Positions 25,606 to 38,336 are shown, counted from the stretch's first letter. The stretch: DNA of 64,000 bases from Pseudobdellovibrionaceae bacterium (GCA_015163855.1 JAAOIK010000043.1:3133-67132), one strand, 5' to 3'. The notes: generated by a model not told the origin, from the letters alone. Program-made: numbers and translations.

Positions 25606-27894
25606 TTAAAAAGAATTTCCAATATAAAATTGAAATTTATAGGTGGGGCTATGGTGCACACTTGGATTTATTGGCCAACCAAATTCAAAGCGCAAAGGGC
25701 CAAGGGGGGAGAACCACCGAATGCCTAGCCCAACATCACTCTCGATATTGTTAGTGTTAAAACTATTGCCAGACAAGCCTGCATCAAAAAATACTGCCCC
25801 TCTAATTTGCGCCTCTGAAAGTAAGGGAAACTCTAACTCCGTTTGCAATAATACTTTTTTGGTTCCACCAAAAGCCTTCTCTGACAAAAACCGACGACGA
25901 GTTTCGTCGGTTTCTTTAGATCTATCATAGGCTTTTTGAGAAAACTTATAAGGCCCCACAGAAAACCAATTATAACCTCTTAAACTTAAAGGCCCTCCTA
26001 ATAGAAATAACTCGTTGAAAGGATAAGAGCCTCCCGGGGCAAATAGCTGAGCATAGTCTAAATTATTTTTCCAAACCAGGCCAAAAGATTTAGACAGCGT
26101 TTTATAAAAACGAAACTGAGAAGAAAGAACAGAAAACTGCAAATCTCCCCCTGCTCCAGTATAGTCATAGCCAAGATTAAAATATTTACCCTTAGTAGGA
26201 TTTATTCTGTTGTCCCTAGAGTCATAAGTTATGCTCGTGCCAATAGTGCTAGCAATTCCGTTAACTGTATTCACTGGAAATAAGTCTGGGTCTCCACTTG
26301 CCTCTAGTTGGATTTTTGTATTCTTTAAAGAATAGCTATAAGAAGTAGACCACTGTTTATTTAAAGGCTTACTCCCTCGAATAGAAAACCCAGTTTTTTT
26401 ATCTTTATACTCTTCTCTGTCGGATTGACTGTTAAAAAGACTTCCCGAAAGACTCCAGTCCGTATTTAATAAGCGTGGATAGATATAACTAATACTCAAT
26501 AAGAAACTTTTTTTACTTATATCCACAGAGCTTACCAAAGTATGCCCTAAGCCTAAAAAATTAGGTTGATTGACCCCCGCCTTAAAAGAAAAGCCCAAAT
26601 ACTCGCTATAACCTGCTGATAAATTAATAGCTCCCACTCGCTTAGGCTTTACTATTAAGTTTAAGTCTACCTCGTCAGGCCTGTCCAAAGAGGATTTTGT
26701 TATGAAATCTACAGATTCAAAAAAACCTAAATATCGCACTTTATTAATGCTTTCTTCTTTTTTGCTATTGCTATAATTTTCTCCACCCGACAGTAACAGC
26801 TCTCTGCGAATAACATGGTCATGAGTTCGGCTATTACCACTAACGATGACTTTTCCAATGCTTACACTTGGGCCTAAATTAAATTTAAAATAAATATCCA
26901 ACAAACCTTTTTCTTCGTTAATTCTTATGTCGGGTAATACTTGAACAAAAGCATAAGATTTATCGCCATACAAACGCTCTAAAACTTTAATACTGCTTTG
27001 AAACTGAGCGTAAGAAAAGGCGTCGCCCTCTTTTAATGGCATTTGTTCTTTTAACTCTTCTTGAGAAAAAGAGTCAGATTCCGCTTCTATTTTTCTAATA
27101 AAATATTTTTTCCCTTCAACAATGTGAATAACTATATTTATGTTATTGGTAAGACTGTCTAAATATACCTTCGGAGCTTTAACTTCCACTCCGTAATAGC
27201 CTGCTTGTAAATACAAATAACGGATCAACTGAATATCTCTGCTTAAAACTTCTTTTCTATATACTCCCGAATCAGAAATAAAACTTAAAAAACCTTTTTC
27301 AGAAGTTTGCATAAACTTTTTTATTTTTCCTGTAGATAGGTGCTTGTTTCCAAAAATTTGTATGTTTTTAATTTTTGCTGATTTTTTTTCTACTACCTTG
27401 ATGCGTAGCTGGTAATTTTTGTTTTTTAACTGCCGCAGTTTGTAAGTAATCTTTGAAGCAAATAAACCTTCTGCTTCATACAAAGCTTTTAAATTCGCCA
27501 GACTGTCTTGCAGCTTCACTTGACTAAAAACAGCACCTGCTTTTAACACCAAGGCCTTTTGCACCTGTTCGTCTTTTGGCGTTTCTGCTCCTTTTAAGGA
27601 TAGCGTTTCTAAAATCGACCTTTCCTTAACTCTATAAATAATTTTGCAATATTTTTTAGACAATATTTTCTTATCTATACGAATAAAACTAAATTGCTCT
27701 AAGTTTTCTAAATTTTGTAAATCTAGTTCTGTGTTAATTCGAGAGCACCTGTGAGACAATTTGGTGTTTAAAACGCTTTTTACCAAAGCACTAGACAGCC
27801 TTTTGTTTCCCTTAATTAAAATAGAACTAACTACTCTAGCTTGCGCATTTAATGCTGTAAAAAACAAAAAAAACAAAAAAATATATTTACTCAT
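25606..27894 (-). CDS. bamA: Outer-membrane protein assembly factor BamA
   Basis: Signal peptide, POTRA-like repeats (I.I.GNKRLS..., IQIFGNKHLS, VIVSGNSRTHDHVIRREL) and a C-terminal beta-barrel ending ...FQFYIGNSF. Confidence 0.9.
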   Translation of the reverse strand: MSKYIFLFFLFFTALNAQARVVSSILIKGNKRLSSALVKSVLNTKLSHRCSRINTELDLQNLENLEQFSFIRIDKKILSKKYCKIIYRVKERSILETLSLKGAETPKDEQVQKALVLKAGAVFSQVKLQDSLANLKALYEAEGLFASKITYKLRQLKNKNYQLRIKVVEKKSAKIKNIQIFGNKHLSTGKIKKFMQTSEKGFLSFISDSGVYRKEVLSRDIQLIRYLYLQAGYYGVEVKAPKVYLDSLTNNINIVIHIVEGKKYFIRKIEAESDSFSQEELKEQMPLKEGDAFSYAQFQSSIKVLERLYGDKSYAFVQVLPDIRINEEKGLLDIYFKFNLGPSVSIGKVIVSGNSRTHDHVIRRELLLSGGENYSNSKKEESINKVRYLGFFESVDFITKSSLDRPDEVDLNLIVKPKRVGAINLSAGYSEYLGFSFKAGVNQPNFLGLGHTLVSSVDISKKSFLLSISYIYPRLLNTDWSLSGSLFNSQSDREEYKDKKTGFSIRGSKPLNKQWSTSYSYSLKNTKIQLEASGDPDLFPVNTVNGIASTIGTSITYDSRDNRINPTKGKYFNLGYDYTGAGGDLQFSVLSSQFRFYKTLSKSFGLVWKNNLDYAQLFAPGGSYPFNELFLLGGPLSLRGYNWFSVGPYKFSQKAYDRSKETDETRRRFLSEKAFGGTKKVLLQTELEFPLLSEAQIRGAVFFDAGLSGNSFNTNNIESDVGLGIRWFSPLGPLRFEFGWPINPSVHHSPTYKFQFYIGNSF

Positions 27895-27964
27895 TGATTA
27901 AATTCGCTCCATAAAATGCTCTTCTAAAACTTAACGCAAAATTTATTAAGAGCAAGGAAAAAAA

Positions 27965-28705
27965 CTAAAAAGACTCCCATCGGCCCGCCTTCATAGACAG
28001 GCTTCTGTCGCACTCTAAAGCAAAATTTATATCATGAGTCACCACTGCCAAAGATAGGCCTAAATCTTTTTGCAGCCTAAACAATAGCTGCTGTAACTTT
28101 TCTCCATTTTCTTCATCTAAGTTTCCTGTAGGCTCATCTGCAAATAAAATATCTGGCTCATGAATTAAAGCTCTGGCCATAGCCACCCTTTGTTTTTCTC
28201 CACCGCTTAAATCTTTAGGGTAAAAGTTCAACCTATGGCCCAAGCCTAAATAAACTAAAAGCTCCTTGGCCCTTGCTCTGGCCGATTTTAATACTAGAGG
28301 CGAACCATAAAAAGATTTAATGCGCAAAGGCAGCAGCACATTTTCTAAAACGGAAAAATCCTCTAAAAGATAGTGAAATTGAAAAACAATGCCTAGGTTT
28401 TTTCGGCGTAATCTTTCTAGCTCTGCTTTATTATGGTAATCCACCTCCACAGAACCAATTTGAATTTTTCCAGAACTGGGCTCCATCAAAGTTGCTAAAA
28501 TGTGCAGCAATGTGCTTTTTCCAGCTCCCGAGGCTCCCGTAATTGCAACACTTTCTTGCTTTGCCAAAGAAAAATCTATGGACTGCAATACTTTTACTTC
28601 TTCGCCGGCTTGGTGAAAATTTTTTACAATGCCTTGGGCTTTTATTATCGTTGGAGCGTCGAATTCATTTGTCGCGCTATCTAAAACAAAAGTATTAAAG
28701 CTCAT
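27965..28705 (-). CDS. lolD: Lipoprotein-releasing system ATP-binding protein LolD
   Basis: GASGAGKSTLLH, LSGGEKQRVAMARAL, ILFADEPTGNLD. Overlaps the upstream FtsX-type permease gene by 11 nt. Confidence 0.85.
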   Translation of the reverse strand: MSFNTFVLDSATNEFDAPTIIKAQGIVKNFHQAGEEVKVLQSIDFSLAKQESVAITGASGAGKSTLLHILATLMEPSSGKIQIGSVEVDYHNKAELERLRRKNLGIVFQFHYLLEDFSVLENVLLPLRIKSFYGSPLVLKSARARAKELLVYLGLGHRLNFYPKDLSGGEKQRVAMARALIHEPDILFADEPTGNLDEENGEKLQQLLFRLQKDLGLSLAVVTHDINFALECDRSLSMKAGRWESF

Positions 28706-29909
28706 GAGAAAGACCCTCTGGCAAACTATTTTTTCCTGCCCTGTAAACAGGAATAATAGCTGTTAATAAAACCAAAAATAAAACCACTGCTATAATAATT
28801 AACATATCCCACAAAGGAAGACCAATCTTAAGGTGATTAAGTTTATAAATTTGTGATAAAACAGAAAAATAACGCGACTGTATTAATAAAAATAAGTAAG
28901 CCCATAAATATCCTAGCGCAAAACCCAGCGTTAAAGATAACAAGCCTGTAAAAACAGCCTGCAAACTGAATATCGCATAAATAGAGGTAACGCTTAATCC
29001 CGCTACTCTTAATATACTTAACTCTTTAGTTTTTTGTACAATCAAAATAAATAAAGCGCTCATAATATTAAATGCTGCAATAATTAAAATGATTAGTAGA
29101 ACTAAAAAAATCATTTTTTTCTGGCTTTTTGTAGCTTCTAGTAAATTATTTGCCCACTGTCTCCAGTGCTGTGCTATTAGTTTTGATGAAAAATGCTTTT
29201 GTATTTTAAAAGATAGCTCTTCAGAAAAAACTTTGTCTGCTAACCATAGGCGCGCTCCGCTGGTTTTTTTTTTCGATAGCTTTAATGGTTTTTGCAAAGC
29301 CTCAAAAGAAGTTAAAAGATAGCGACGGTTGTAATCTGATCGACCAAAATCTAAAACCCCTTTAACATAAAACTTTAAAACCTTTCTGTTAAAATCGTTT
29401 TTCCCCATGCTTTTAGCCACTACTGCAGAAAAAGCGTCTCCCAACTGCAAAGACATATCTTTCATCAAAAGAACGGGAACATAAGCTCCGTACCTATCCT
29501 TTGAAAAATTGGTAATCGCGGTGTTGTTTAGTGTTTTTTTTAAAAAAAACGAACTGGCTTTTTTTTCAAAAGCTGGCAAGCCTTCAAGCAAAACCCCCTT
29601 AACTTTTCCGTTTTTTACTAAAAGAGCCTCTTGGTGTATAAAAGAGGTAACTTTAGCTACTTTAATTTTTTCTTTTTGTAAGTAACTAAGAACTTTTGGC
29701 AAAGATATGTTTGGCGACAAATAAGAAATTTGTATTTGCCCCAAAAGCTGAGTAATGCTTTTTTCAAAAGTTTTTTCGTAAGCGCTAATTACCAACAAAG
29801 ACACCACCATTAAAGAAATAGCCAAGGCAAAACTAAGAACAGCCAACCAATAAGAAGGCCTTTGTAATTGTGATTTGGTATATTTAAAAGCCAGCTGAAA
29901 AAGTAACAT
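28695..29909 (-). CDS. lolC: Lipoprotein-releasing system permease LolC/LolE (FtsX/MacB type)
   Basis: TM1, a large periplasmic domain, then three C-terminal TM segments. LRVAGLS motif (ILRVAGLSVTSIYAIF). Confidence 0.8.
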   Translation of the reverse strand: MLLFQLAFKYTKSQLQRPSYWLAVLSFALAISLMVVSLLVISAYEKTFEKSITQLLGQIQISYLSPNISLPKVLSYLQKEKIKVAKVTSFIHQEALLVKNGKVKGVLLEGLPAFEKKASSFFLKKTLNNTAITNFSKDRYGAYVPVLLMKDMSLQLGDAFSAVVAKSMGKNDFNRKVLKFYVKGVLDFGRSDYNRRYLLTSFEALQKPLKLSKKKTSGARLWLADKVFSEELSFKIQKHFSSKLIAQHWRQWANNLLEATKSQKKMIFLVLLIILIIAAFNIMSALFILIVQKTKELSILRVAGLSVTSIYAIFSLQAVFTGLLSLTLGFALGYLWAYLFLLIQSRYFSVLSQIYKLNHLKIGLPLWDMLIIIAVVLFLVLLTAIIPVYRAGKNSLPEGLSHEL

Positions 29910-31038
29910 TTATTTTCCGTTTTTGTTTTCTGAGCGATATTTTAAAAAAGCACGACTAAATTTATCTAAATTACCATCTAATACAAGGTTGGGCTGTCCG
30001 CTTTCCTCTCCCATGCGGTGATCTTTTACTAATTGGTAGGGGCATAAAATATACGATCGAATTTGACTACCCCATTCATTAGATTTTTTTGTTTCTGCAG
30101 CCAATTCTTGTTCTTTTTTCTTTTCTTGAGTAGCAAATCGATACAATGCCGACCTTAACATCTTCATCGCTTGATCTTTATTAGCATGTTGGCTTCTTTG
30201 GTTTTGACACTGCACAACAGTCCCCGTGGGCAAATGGGTAATTCGCACTGCCGAATCGGTAGTATTAACATGTTGCCCTCCAGCTCCGCTGGCTCTATAA
30301 GTGTCCACCCTAAGCTCATCGGTTTTTATGCTAATATCCACAGAATCTTCTAATTCGGGAGAAACAAATACCGACGCAAAACTAGTGTGCCTTCGTGCAC
30401 CCGAGTCAAAAGGGCTAATTCTAACTAAGCGATGCACGCCGCTTTCTGATTGAAAAAGCCCAAAACTATTAGAGCCTTTAACTAAAAAATGTATAGATTT
30501 AAAACCTGCCTCTTCTCCGTCGTTGGTATTTAAAACCTCTGTACTAAATTTATTTTTTTGAGCATAGCGCATTAACATACGGCTTAACATCGCCACCCAG
30601 TCGCAAGATTCTGTTCCTCCCGCGCCAGCATGAATGGAAATATAGCAATTACACTGATCATATTTTTGCGATAAAAAATGTTGTGTGTGTAAACTTTCTA
30701 ACAATACTTTAATATTATTTAACTCTTTACTAACATCTAAAAGTAAGCTTTCTCCCTCTTGAGGGTCTTCTTTAATGCAATTTAGTAATTCTTTAACAGA
30801 GCTTAGTTTATAATCGAACTCTTTCCATTGTTTTAAAGATTTTTCTAAAAAACTTTTTTCTTGATTTAATTTTTGTGATTTTTTATAGTTTTCCCAAACT
30901 TCTTTGTCTTGTAACTCTTGTTCTATGACTTGTAAGCGTTGTGCCTTTTGATTTAAATCAAAGAGACCCCCGAGTCTCTTGAGAATCTTTATCCATTTGT
31001 GCTAATATATCTTGAAAGTCGGCTATAGTTTGTGACAC
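29910..31038 (-). CDS. prfB: Peptide chain release factor 2 with programmed +1 frameshift
   Basis: Frame 0 from GTG 31038: MSQTIADFQDILAQMDKDSQETRGSL then TGA (30960..30958). The +1 frame continues DLNQKAQRLQVIEQELQDKEVWEN... into the tracked ORF, which carries SPF (RISPFDS) and GGQ (GAGGQHVNTTDSAVRITH). Confidence 0.9.
30958..30974 (-). promoter_or_regulatory. prfB +1 frameshift site (internal SD-like GGGGG + CUU UGA)
   Basis: Minus strand reads CTCGGGGGTCTCTTTGAT. Compare the canonical E. coli AGGGGGTATCTTTGAC. Confidence 0.85.
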
Positions 31039-31066
31039 TGTTTCTCTTTTAAACTCTTTTAAGAGT

Positions 31067-31507
31067 TTATTTTTTTTGCAAGCTAGCAAAAATACTGTCT
31101 TGTATTTTGTACATTCTTTTTTCTTCTTTAAGGCTTTTTTCGTGGTCTAAGCCCAACAAATGTAATAAACCATGGATAAATAAATATAACAACTCTTGTT
31201 TTATAGCATGCCCGTTTTGTAAAGCCTGCTTTTTAACCAAACTATAATCAAAAACCAATTCTCCAAAAGACCTCCCTCGCTCTAAAGAAAAACTAAGAAT
31301 GTCTGTGGTTTTATTTTTATTTCTATATTTTTTATTTATAGTTTTCATTTTTTGACTAGATACAAATACCAAGTGTATTTGTGTTTTAACTGCGGGCGGG
31401 CACAGCTTTGCTTTTTTTAATTCTTTTAAAATGCTTGGCAAAGCCTGCTTTAAAAAAGCTTTAGGAATATAATACCTTCCTTGCTTAATAAAATGAATAG
31501 TCATCAA
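31067..31507 (-). CDS. ybeY: rRNA maturation endoribonuclease YbeY
   Basis: HGLLHLLGLDHE zinc-binding motif; ~146 aa. Confidence 0.9.
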   Translation of the reverse strand: MMTIHFIKQGRYYIPKAFLKQALPSILKELKKAKLCPPAVKTQIHLVFVSSQKMKTINKKYRNKNKTTDILSFSLERGRSFGELVFDYSLVKKQALQNGHAIKQELLYLFIHGLLHLLGLDHEKSLKEEKRMYKIQDSIFASLQKK

Positions 31508-31565
31508 AACCTCAGTATGCTAAAAGACTTAATCGGTTCAATAAAACTATACACGGAGGCCTAAT

Positions 31566-32357
31566 TTGTTTCAATATAGAAAATTTACTGAGTTAATAAA
31601 AATTATAGCCCATCTTCGATCTCCTAATGGCTGCCCTTGGGACAAAGCACAAACGCATAAAAGCATAGTTAAAAATTTGATTGAGGAGTCTTTTGAGCTA
31701 GTGGATGCCATCGAAAACGATGATGTTCTTAACACCAAAGAAGAATTGGGCGATGTTTTGCTTCAAGTTATGCTGCACTCTCAAATTGCAGCCGATAATA
31801 AAAGTTTTTCTATTGATGATGTGGTGGAGGAGCTGGGCAAAAAATTAGTAAGGCGACACCCTCATGTTTTTGGCGACAAACAAGCCCGCACCGAAGAAGA
31901 AGCTCATCAATCTTGGTTAGATGCAAAAGCCTTAGAAACCGATAAAAATAAAAAAAACACCGACGCCTTTAATATACCTAAACACTTGCCCCCGCTAGCC
32001 TTTGCTCAAAAAATAGGAAGAAAAATGGGTAAAGAAGATTTTGATTGGAACAATAACCAACAGGTAATACAAAAAATAAAAGAAGAACTTTTAGAATGTA
32101 CCGAAGCGCTAAAGGAGCCCTCTGCAAACCCAAACCCACATCTTAAAGAAGAAATTGGAGACTTATTATTTATTACTTGCCAATTTGCAAGGCATAATAA
32201 TATTCAAGCTGACGAGGCACTTAGAGGAGCTAATAAAAAAATAGAAAAGCGTTACTTTCAGGCAAAAAATTTAGCGCAAAAAGACAATCACCCTTGGCAA
32301 AGCCTTTCTTTGGATAAAAAAGAAAGCTATTGGCAACAGGTAAAGTCTTTAAAGTAG
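31566..32357 (+). CDS. mazG: Nucleoside triphosphate pyrophosphohydrolase MazG (TTG start)
   Basis: LRSPNGCPWDKAQTHKS, EESFELVDAIE, ELGDVLLQVM and a second MazG repeat EEIGDLLF. Confidence 0.88.
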   Translation: MFQYRKFTELIKIIAHLRSPNGCPWDKAQTHKSIVKNLIEESFELVDAIENDDVLNTKEELGDVLLQVMLHSQIAADNKSFSIDDVVEELGKKLVRRHPHVFGDKQARTEEEAHQSWLDAKALETDKNKKNTDAFNIPKHLPPLAFAQKIGRKMGKEDFDWNNNQQVIQKIKEELLECTEALKEPSANPNPHLKEEIGDLLFITCQFARHNNIQADEALRGANKKIEKRYFQAKNLAQKDNHPWQSLSLDKKESYWQQVKSLK

Positions 32358-32360
32358 TTT

Positions 32361-33938
32361 TTACTTATGTCTTCGTTGTTTTTTAAGCAGACTTGTTACA
32401 ATAGTTGCTTCTGGAATAGCTAAAAGAGTGCTGATAAAAAAATAAATGCTTGCGCCTCCCAAAACACTAACTAACAACAAAATAATTTGTTTTAACTTTA
32501 CCGAGGATAAAACTAAATTTTCTTGTAGCCACGGAGGCAAGTATTTTAAAAAAATGCTCATAACAATAACAGGCAGTAAATAGTGTAAAAATTTTTTCAA
32601 TAAAGCTAATGCATGAAATTTTTGCACAAACATGCTGTATAGCAAAAAGGCTGATAAAAAATTAATTATAGTAGATACACTCATAGAAAAGGCTAAGCCT
32701 GTAATTCCGTATTGGGGGCTAAAAGAAAAGGCTAAGGCTAAATAGACCATAAAAGCTAATCCGCTAGAGATTGCAGGAAGGTGGGTTTTTCCGCAAGCAA
32801 AAAAACCAGAAATTAAAACTTTATATAAGCCTAAAAAAATTAAGGAAAAAGATAATATCTGTAGCACCTGCACTGTATATAAAATTTGCTCTCTATTAAA
32901 AGCTCCTCTTTCAAAAAAGAAACTTAAAATAGGCTCTGCTAAAAAAAACAATCCAACAGCGCTTGGCAAAAGTAAATATAATGAAATGTGTAAGTTTTTT
33001 TGTAAAATTTTGTTAAATTGGGTCAGCTCTTTTTTTACCCACAGGGTGCTTAAGCTAGGCAACAGTGCTGTGCCAACGCTAATAGCAATTAAAGAAAAAG
33101 GCAGTTGAAAAATTCTGTCTGACAAATATAAACTCGATAAGCTTCCGCTGGGCAAAGAAGAGGCAAAATAAACATTAAATAAAGAAATGCATTGATAAAA
33201 GAAAATGCTTAAAAAACCTGGAAGCATTTTTACTAAAACGGTTTTTAATCCACTACCCCTCCACTTCCATGTAAAGCTTGGCAAAAATTTATTTTTCCAC
33301 ACAGGAAAGAAAACCAATCCAAACTGTAAAGCTCCTCCTACCAACACCCCTGCGATTAAATAATTTAATTGTTTTTCTTGTAAGCGATAAAAAATACTAA
33401 AAACAATTAAAGAAACATTTAAAAGTGCAGGCGCTAAAGCCGCTAAGAAAAATTGATTTTTTACCTGCAATAAAGCAGAAAAATGCACATAGGATAGTAA
33501 AAAGAAAATATAAAGTAAAAAAAAGCGCGAAAGATAAACAATGCTTTGAAAATTTACCAAATTAAACTTCCCTTCTTGTAATAAAGCATTTAGAACTTCG
33601 GGCATATATAAAGACAGAAAAAATACAACAAAGCTGGAAAAAAGCATTAAAAAACTAAAAACGGCATTGGACAATAATTCTTGCCCTGCTTTAGAGTTTC
33701 TCTTTTGTATATAAAGCGGCAAAAAACTAACAGAAAAATTACCCTCTCCAAAAAAAGCCCGAAATAGATTAGGAATTTTCATCGCCACAATGAAGGCATC
33801 TAGCACAGGAACTGCCAAAAGGGCTGTAAAGGCTATATCGCGAGCTAAGCCTAAAAAGCGACTACACAAAGTGCCCAAAGACATAAAAATAGATAATCGA
33901 AAAATTGACATTTTTCCCTGATATGTTATTAAATTCAC
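32361..33938 (-). CDS. murJ: Lipid II flippase MurJ (MviN)
   Basis: About 14 TM segments. N-terminal SRFLGLARDIAFTALL and PNLFRAFFGEGNFSVSFLP motifs. Confidence 0.85.
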   Translation of the reverse strand: MNLITYQGKMSIFRLSIFMSLGTLCSRFLGLARDIAFTALLAVPVLDAFIVAMKIPNLFRAFFGEGNFSVSFLPLYIQKRNSKAGQELLSNAVFSFLMLFSSFVVFFLSLYMPEVLNALLQEGKFNLVNFQSIVYLSRFFLLYIFFLLSYVHFSALLQVKNQFFLAALAPALLNVSLIVFSIFYRLQEKQLNYLIAGVLVGGALQFGLVFFPVWKNKFLPSFTWKWRGSGLKTVLVKMLPGFLSIFFYQCISLFNVYFASSLPSGSLSSLYLSDRIFQLPFSLIAISVGTALLPSLSTLWVKKELTQFNKILQKNLHISLYLLLPSAVGLFFLAEPILSFFFERGAFNREQILYTVQVLQILSFSLIFLGLYKVLISGFFACGKTHLPAISSGLAFMVYLALAFSFSPQYGITGLAFSMSVSTIINFLSAFLLYSMFVQKFHALALLKKFLHYLLPVIVMSIFLKYLPPWLQENLVLSSVKLKQIILLLVSVLGGASIYFFISTLLAIPEATIVTSLLKKQRRHK

Positions 33939-33971
33939 TTAAATATATAGTAAAGCATTGGAGGCTATAAA

Positions 33972-34235
33972 TTGGCAAACCATAAATCATCAGTTAAAAG
34001 AACTCGTCAGACTATTAAAAAACAAGCTCGCAATCATGTTCATAAAAAAGAAGTGGGCACTTTTGAAAAAAAACTACGAGCAGCCATTTCGGAAAAAGCC
34101 TCTGACACAGCCCTAAGTCTACTTAAAGTATTTAGCAAAAAAATTAATACCGCTGCTCAAAAAGGCTTATTTCATCAAAATAAAGTCGCTAGAAAAGTGA
34201 GCCGGTTAGCTAAACAAGTTAACAGTCTTTCTTAA
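33972..34235 (+). CDS. rpsT: 30S ribosomal protein S20 (TTG start)
   Basis: MANHKSSVKRTRQ...; 87 aa, basic. Confidence 0.92.
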   Translation: MANHKSSVKRTRQTIKKQARNHVHKKEVGTFEKKLRAAISEKASDTALSLLKVFSKKINTAAQKGLFHQNKVARKVSRLAKQVNSLS

Positions 34236-34300
34236 ATTTAAACTGCTTTTCTGTAAAATATAGTTTTTAAAACGGCTTAAGATAGCTGTCTGAACCCATC

Positions 34301-35287
34301 TTAACCACAAACTTGCACAATAAAATTTTCTAACCACAAGTGAGATGCTACAGGCTTAGTTTTTAAGGCTTTGTCGGTTTCGTACAATAACTCCAAGGTT
34401 TTATTTAATTGTGCAGAGGTCCACTTAGCATTTTGTGACAAATACTCTTGTAAAAAAAAACTAGGAATGCCCACTTCTTTACTGATTTGAGAGGAGCTTA
34501 AACCTTCCCCCAGTAACAGCTTTACCTCTCGCAATAGACGAAAGTGTCTGGCCACTAAACCAATAATCCCCACTTCGCTTTGTCCTAAATCTAATAAATC
34601 CACCAACAAACGAAGAGACTTTCCACAATCTTGGCTGGCAATGGCCTTAGTTAAGTCGAAAATATTATCTAAATGGCAGTGAGACAAAACCTCGGCAAGC
34701 TCTTTGCTTTGTACATTCTTGGGGTCTTTAACAAAAGAACTAAGTTTTTTTAATTCTAAATCGATCATACCTAACTTTGTACCAAACACCTGTCTAATTA
34801 AAAAATTTTGTTCGTTAGTTAGTTTTAAATTATAAGTTTCCGCAATAAAAGAAACCCATTGAGGCATTTGATTATCATAAGGAGGGCTTGTGTTTATAAA
34901 CTCTGCACACTTAGACAAACTTTTATACAATTTTAATCGCTTATCTATTTTTTTTAAAAAAAGCACTAGCACACTACTTTCGCAAGGCCTGTCTAAAATC
35001 TCTGTTAAGTTTTCCCAGTGAGAGGCTGTCATTTTTTCTAAATTTTTAAAAACTACCAATCGCTTATCACTCATAAATGGTAAGGACTCCACCGTGTCTT
35101 TAACCTCTAAAGCACAAGATTCTCCAACAAAAACATTATAATTAAAGTCATCTGCCTCTTGGGGAAATATTTCTGCCTTTATATAGCTGTGTGCCAGATT
35201 ATTTAAATACAAATCGCCGCCAACACACACATAAATAGGTTTTATAGAAGTTTTTAAATGCTTTTTTAAATGCGCAATACTAATCAT
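34301..35287 (-). CDS. holA: DNA polymerase III delta subunit HolA
   Basis: Size and N-terminal pattern (IYVCVGGDLYL...), C-terminal helical domain, and the conserved lptE-holA pairing. Confidence 0.7.
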   Translation of the reverse strand: MISIAHLKKHLKTSIKPIYVCVGGDLYLNNLAHSYIKAEIFPQEADDFNYNVFVGESCALEVKDTVESLPFMSDKRLVVFKNLEKMTASHWENLTEILDRPCESSVLVLFLKKIDKRLKLYKSLSKCAEFINTSPPYDNQMPQWVSFIAETYNLKLTNEQNFLIRQVFGTKLGMIDLELKKLSSFVKDPKNVQSKELAEVLSHCHLDNIFDLTKAIASQDCGKSLRLLVDLLDLGQSEVGIIGLVARHFRLLREVKLLLGEGLSSSQISKEVGIPSFFLQEYLSQNAKWTSAQLNKTLELLYETDKALKTKPVASHLWLENFIVQVCG

Positions 35288-35289
35288 GA

Positions 35290-35820
35290 TTAAAACCTAT
35301 CTGTCAGTGCTGTATAAATATCCCCAGACACCGTCTTAGCAATATTAGAAAAAGTTAACTGAAGAGCACTGTTGTTATAAAAACTACTTACCGAGGATAG
35401 CTCGGAAATACTAATTTGTGGAGGAATGTAGCTAACCTCTCTTTTAAAAGTTTTAGACCACAACATTTTTTCCTTCCACCTTTGCATTAATTTTACCCTT
35501 AATACTACTTCTACTCTATACTCGGTAACTAAAACCACCGAACCCACACTACCTCGTGAAATAGGAGATACTTTTGCAGATAAAATATCGGCCTGTATTT
35601 CTACGGGAGCAAAGTCTTGAATTAGTTTTTTGTTACCTAAATTTATTCGAGTAATCAAATTATTAGTAAAAACCGACTCTAATCCCACATATTGAGTTTG
35701 ATTATCAAACAACTTAATGCGCACTTTATCGTACTTTCCCAACAAAGTGGTCGGCTTATACCCCATGGAATAAGAGCATGCGTTTAAGAAAAAAAAGGAG
35801 AAAAGCATTGAAAACTTCAT
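35290..35820 (-). CDS. lptE: LPS-assembly lipoprotein LptE-like
   Basis: Lipobox FFLNAC, ~176 aa, immediately upstream of holA (conserved lptE-holA order). The sequence itself is weakly diagnostic. Confidence 0.5.
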   Translation of the reverse strand: MKFSMLFSFFFLNACSYSMGYKPTTLLGKYDKVRIKLFDNQTQYVGLESVFTNNLITRINLGNKKLIQDFAPVEIQADILSAKVSPISRGSVGSVVLVTEYRVEVVLRVKLMQRWKEKMLWSKTFKREVSYIPPQISISELSSVSSFYNNSALQLTFSNIAKTVSGDIYTALTDRF

Positions 35821-35844
35821 CTAAGAAAATTATAATAACAACCA

Positions 35845-38303
<2,459 letters not shown>

Positions 38304-38336
38304 AGCCGCACAGTAATATTGTGTTCTATTTCTAGA

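Noticed and set aside
31051-31077. Hairpin AAACTCTTTTAAGAGTTT followed by a run of T on the plus strand, which looks like an intrinsic terminator.
   Set aside because: No plus-strand gene lies upstream. The T-run encodes the C-terminal lysines and stop of ybeY on the minus strand, and the stem is AT-rich and weak. Probably incidental.
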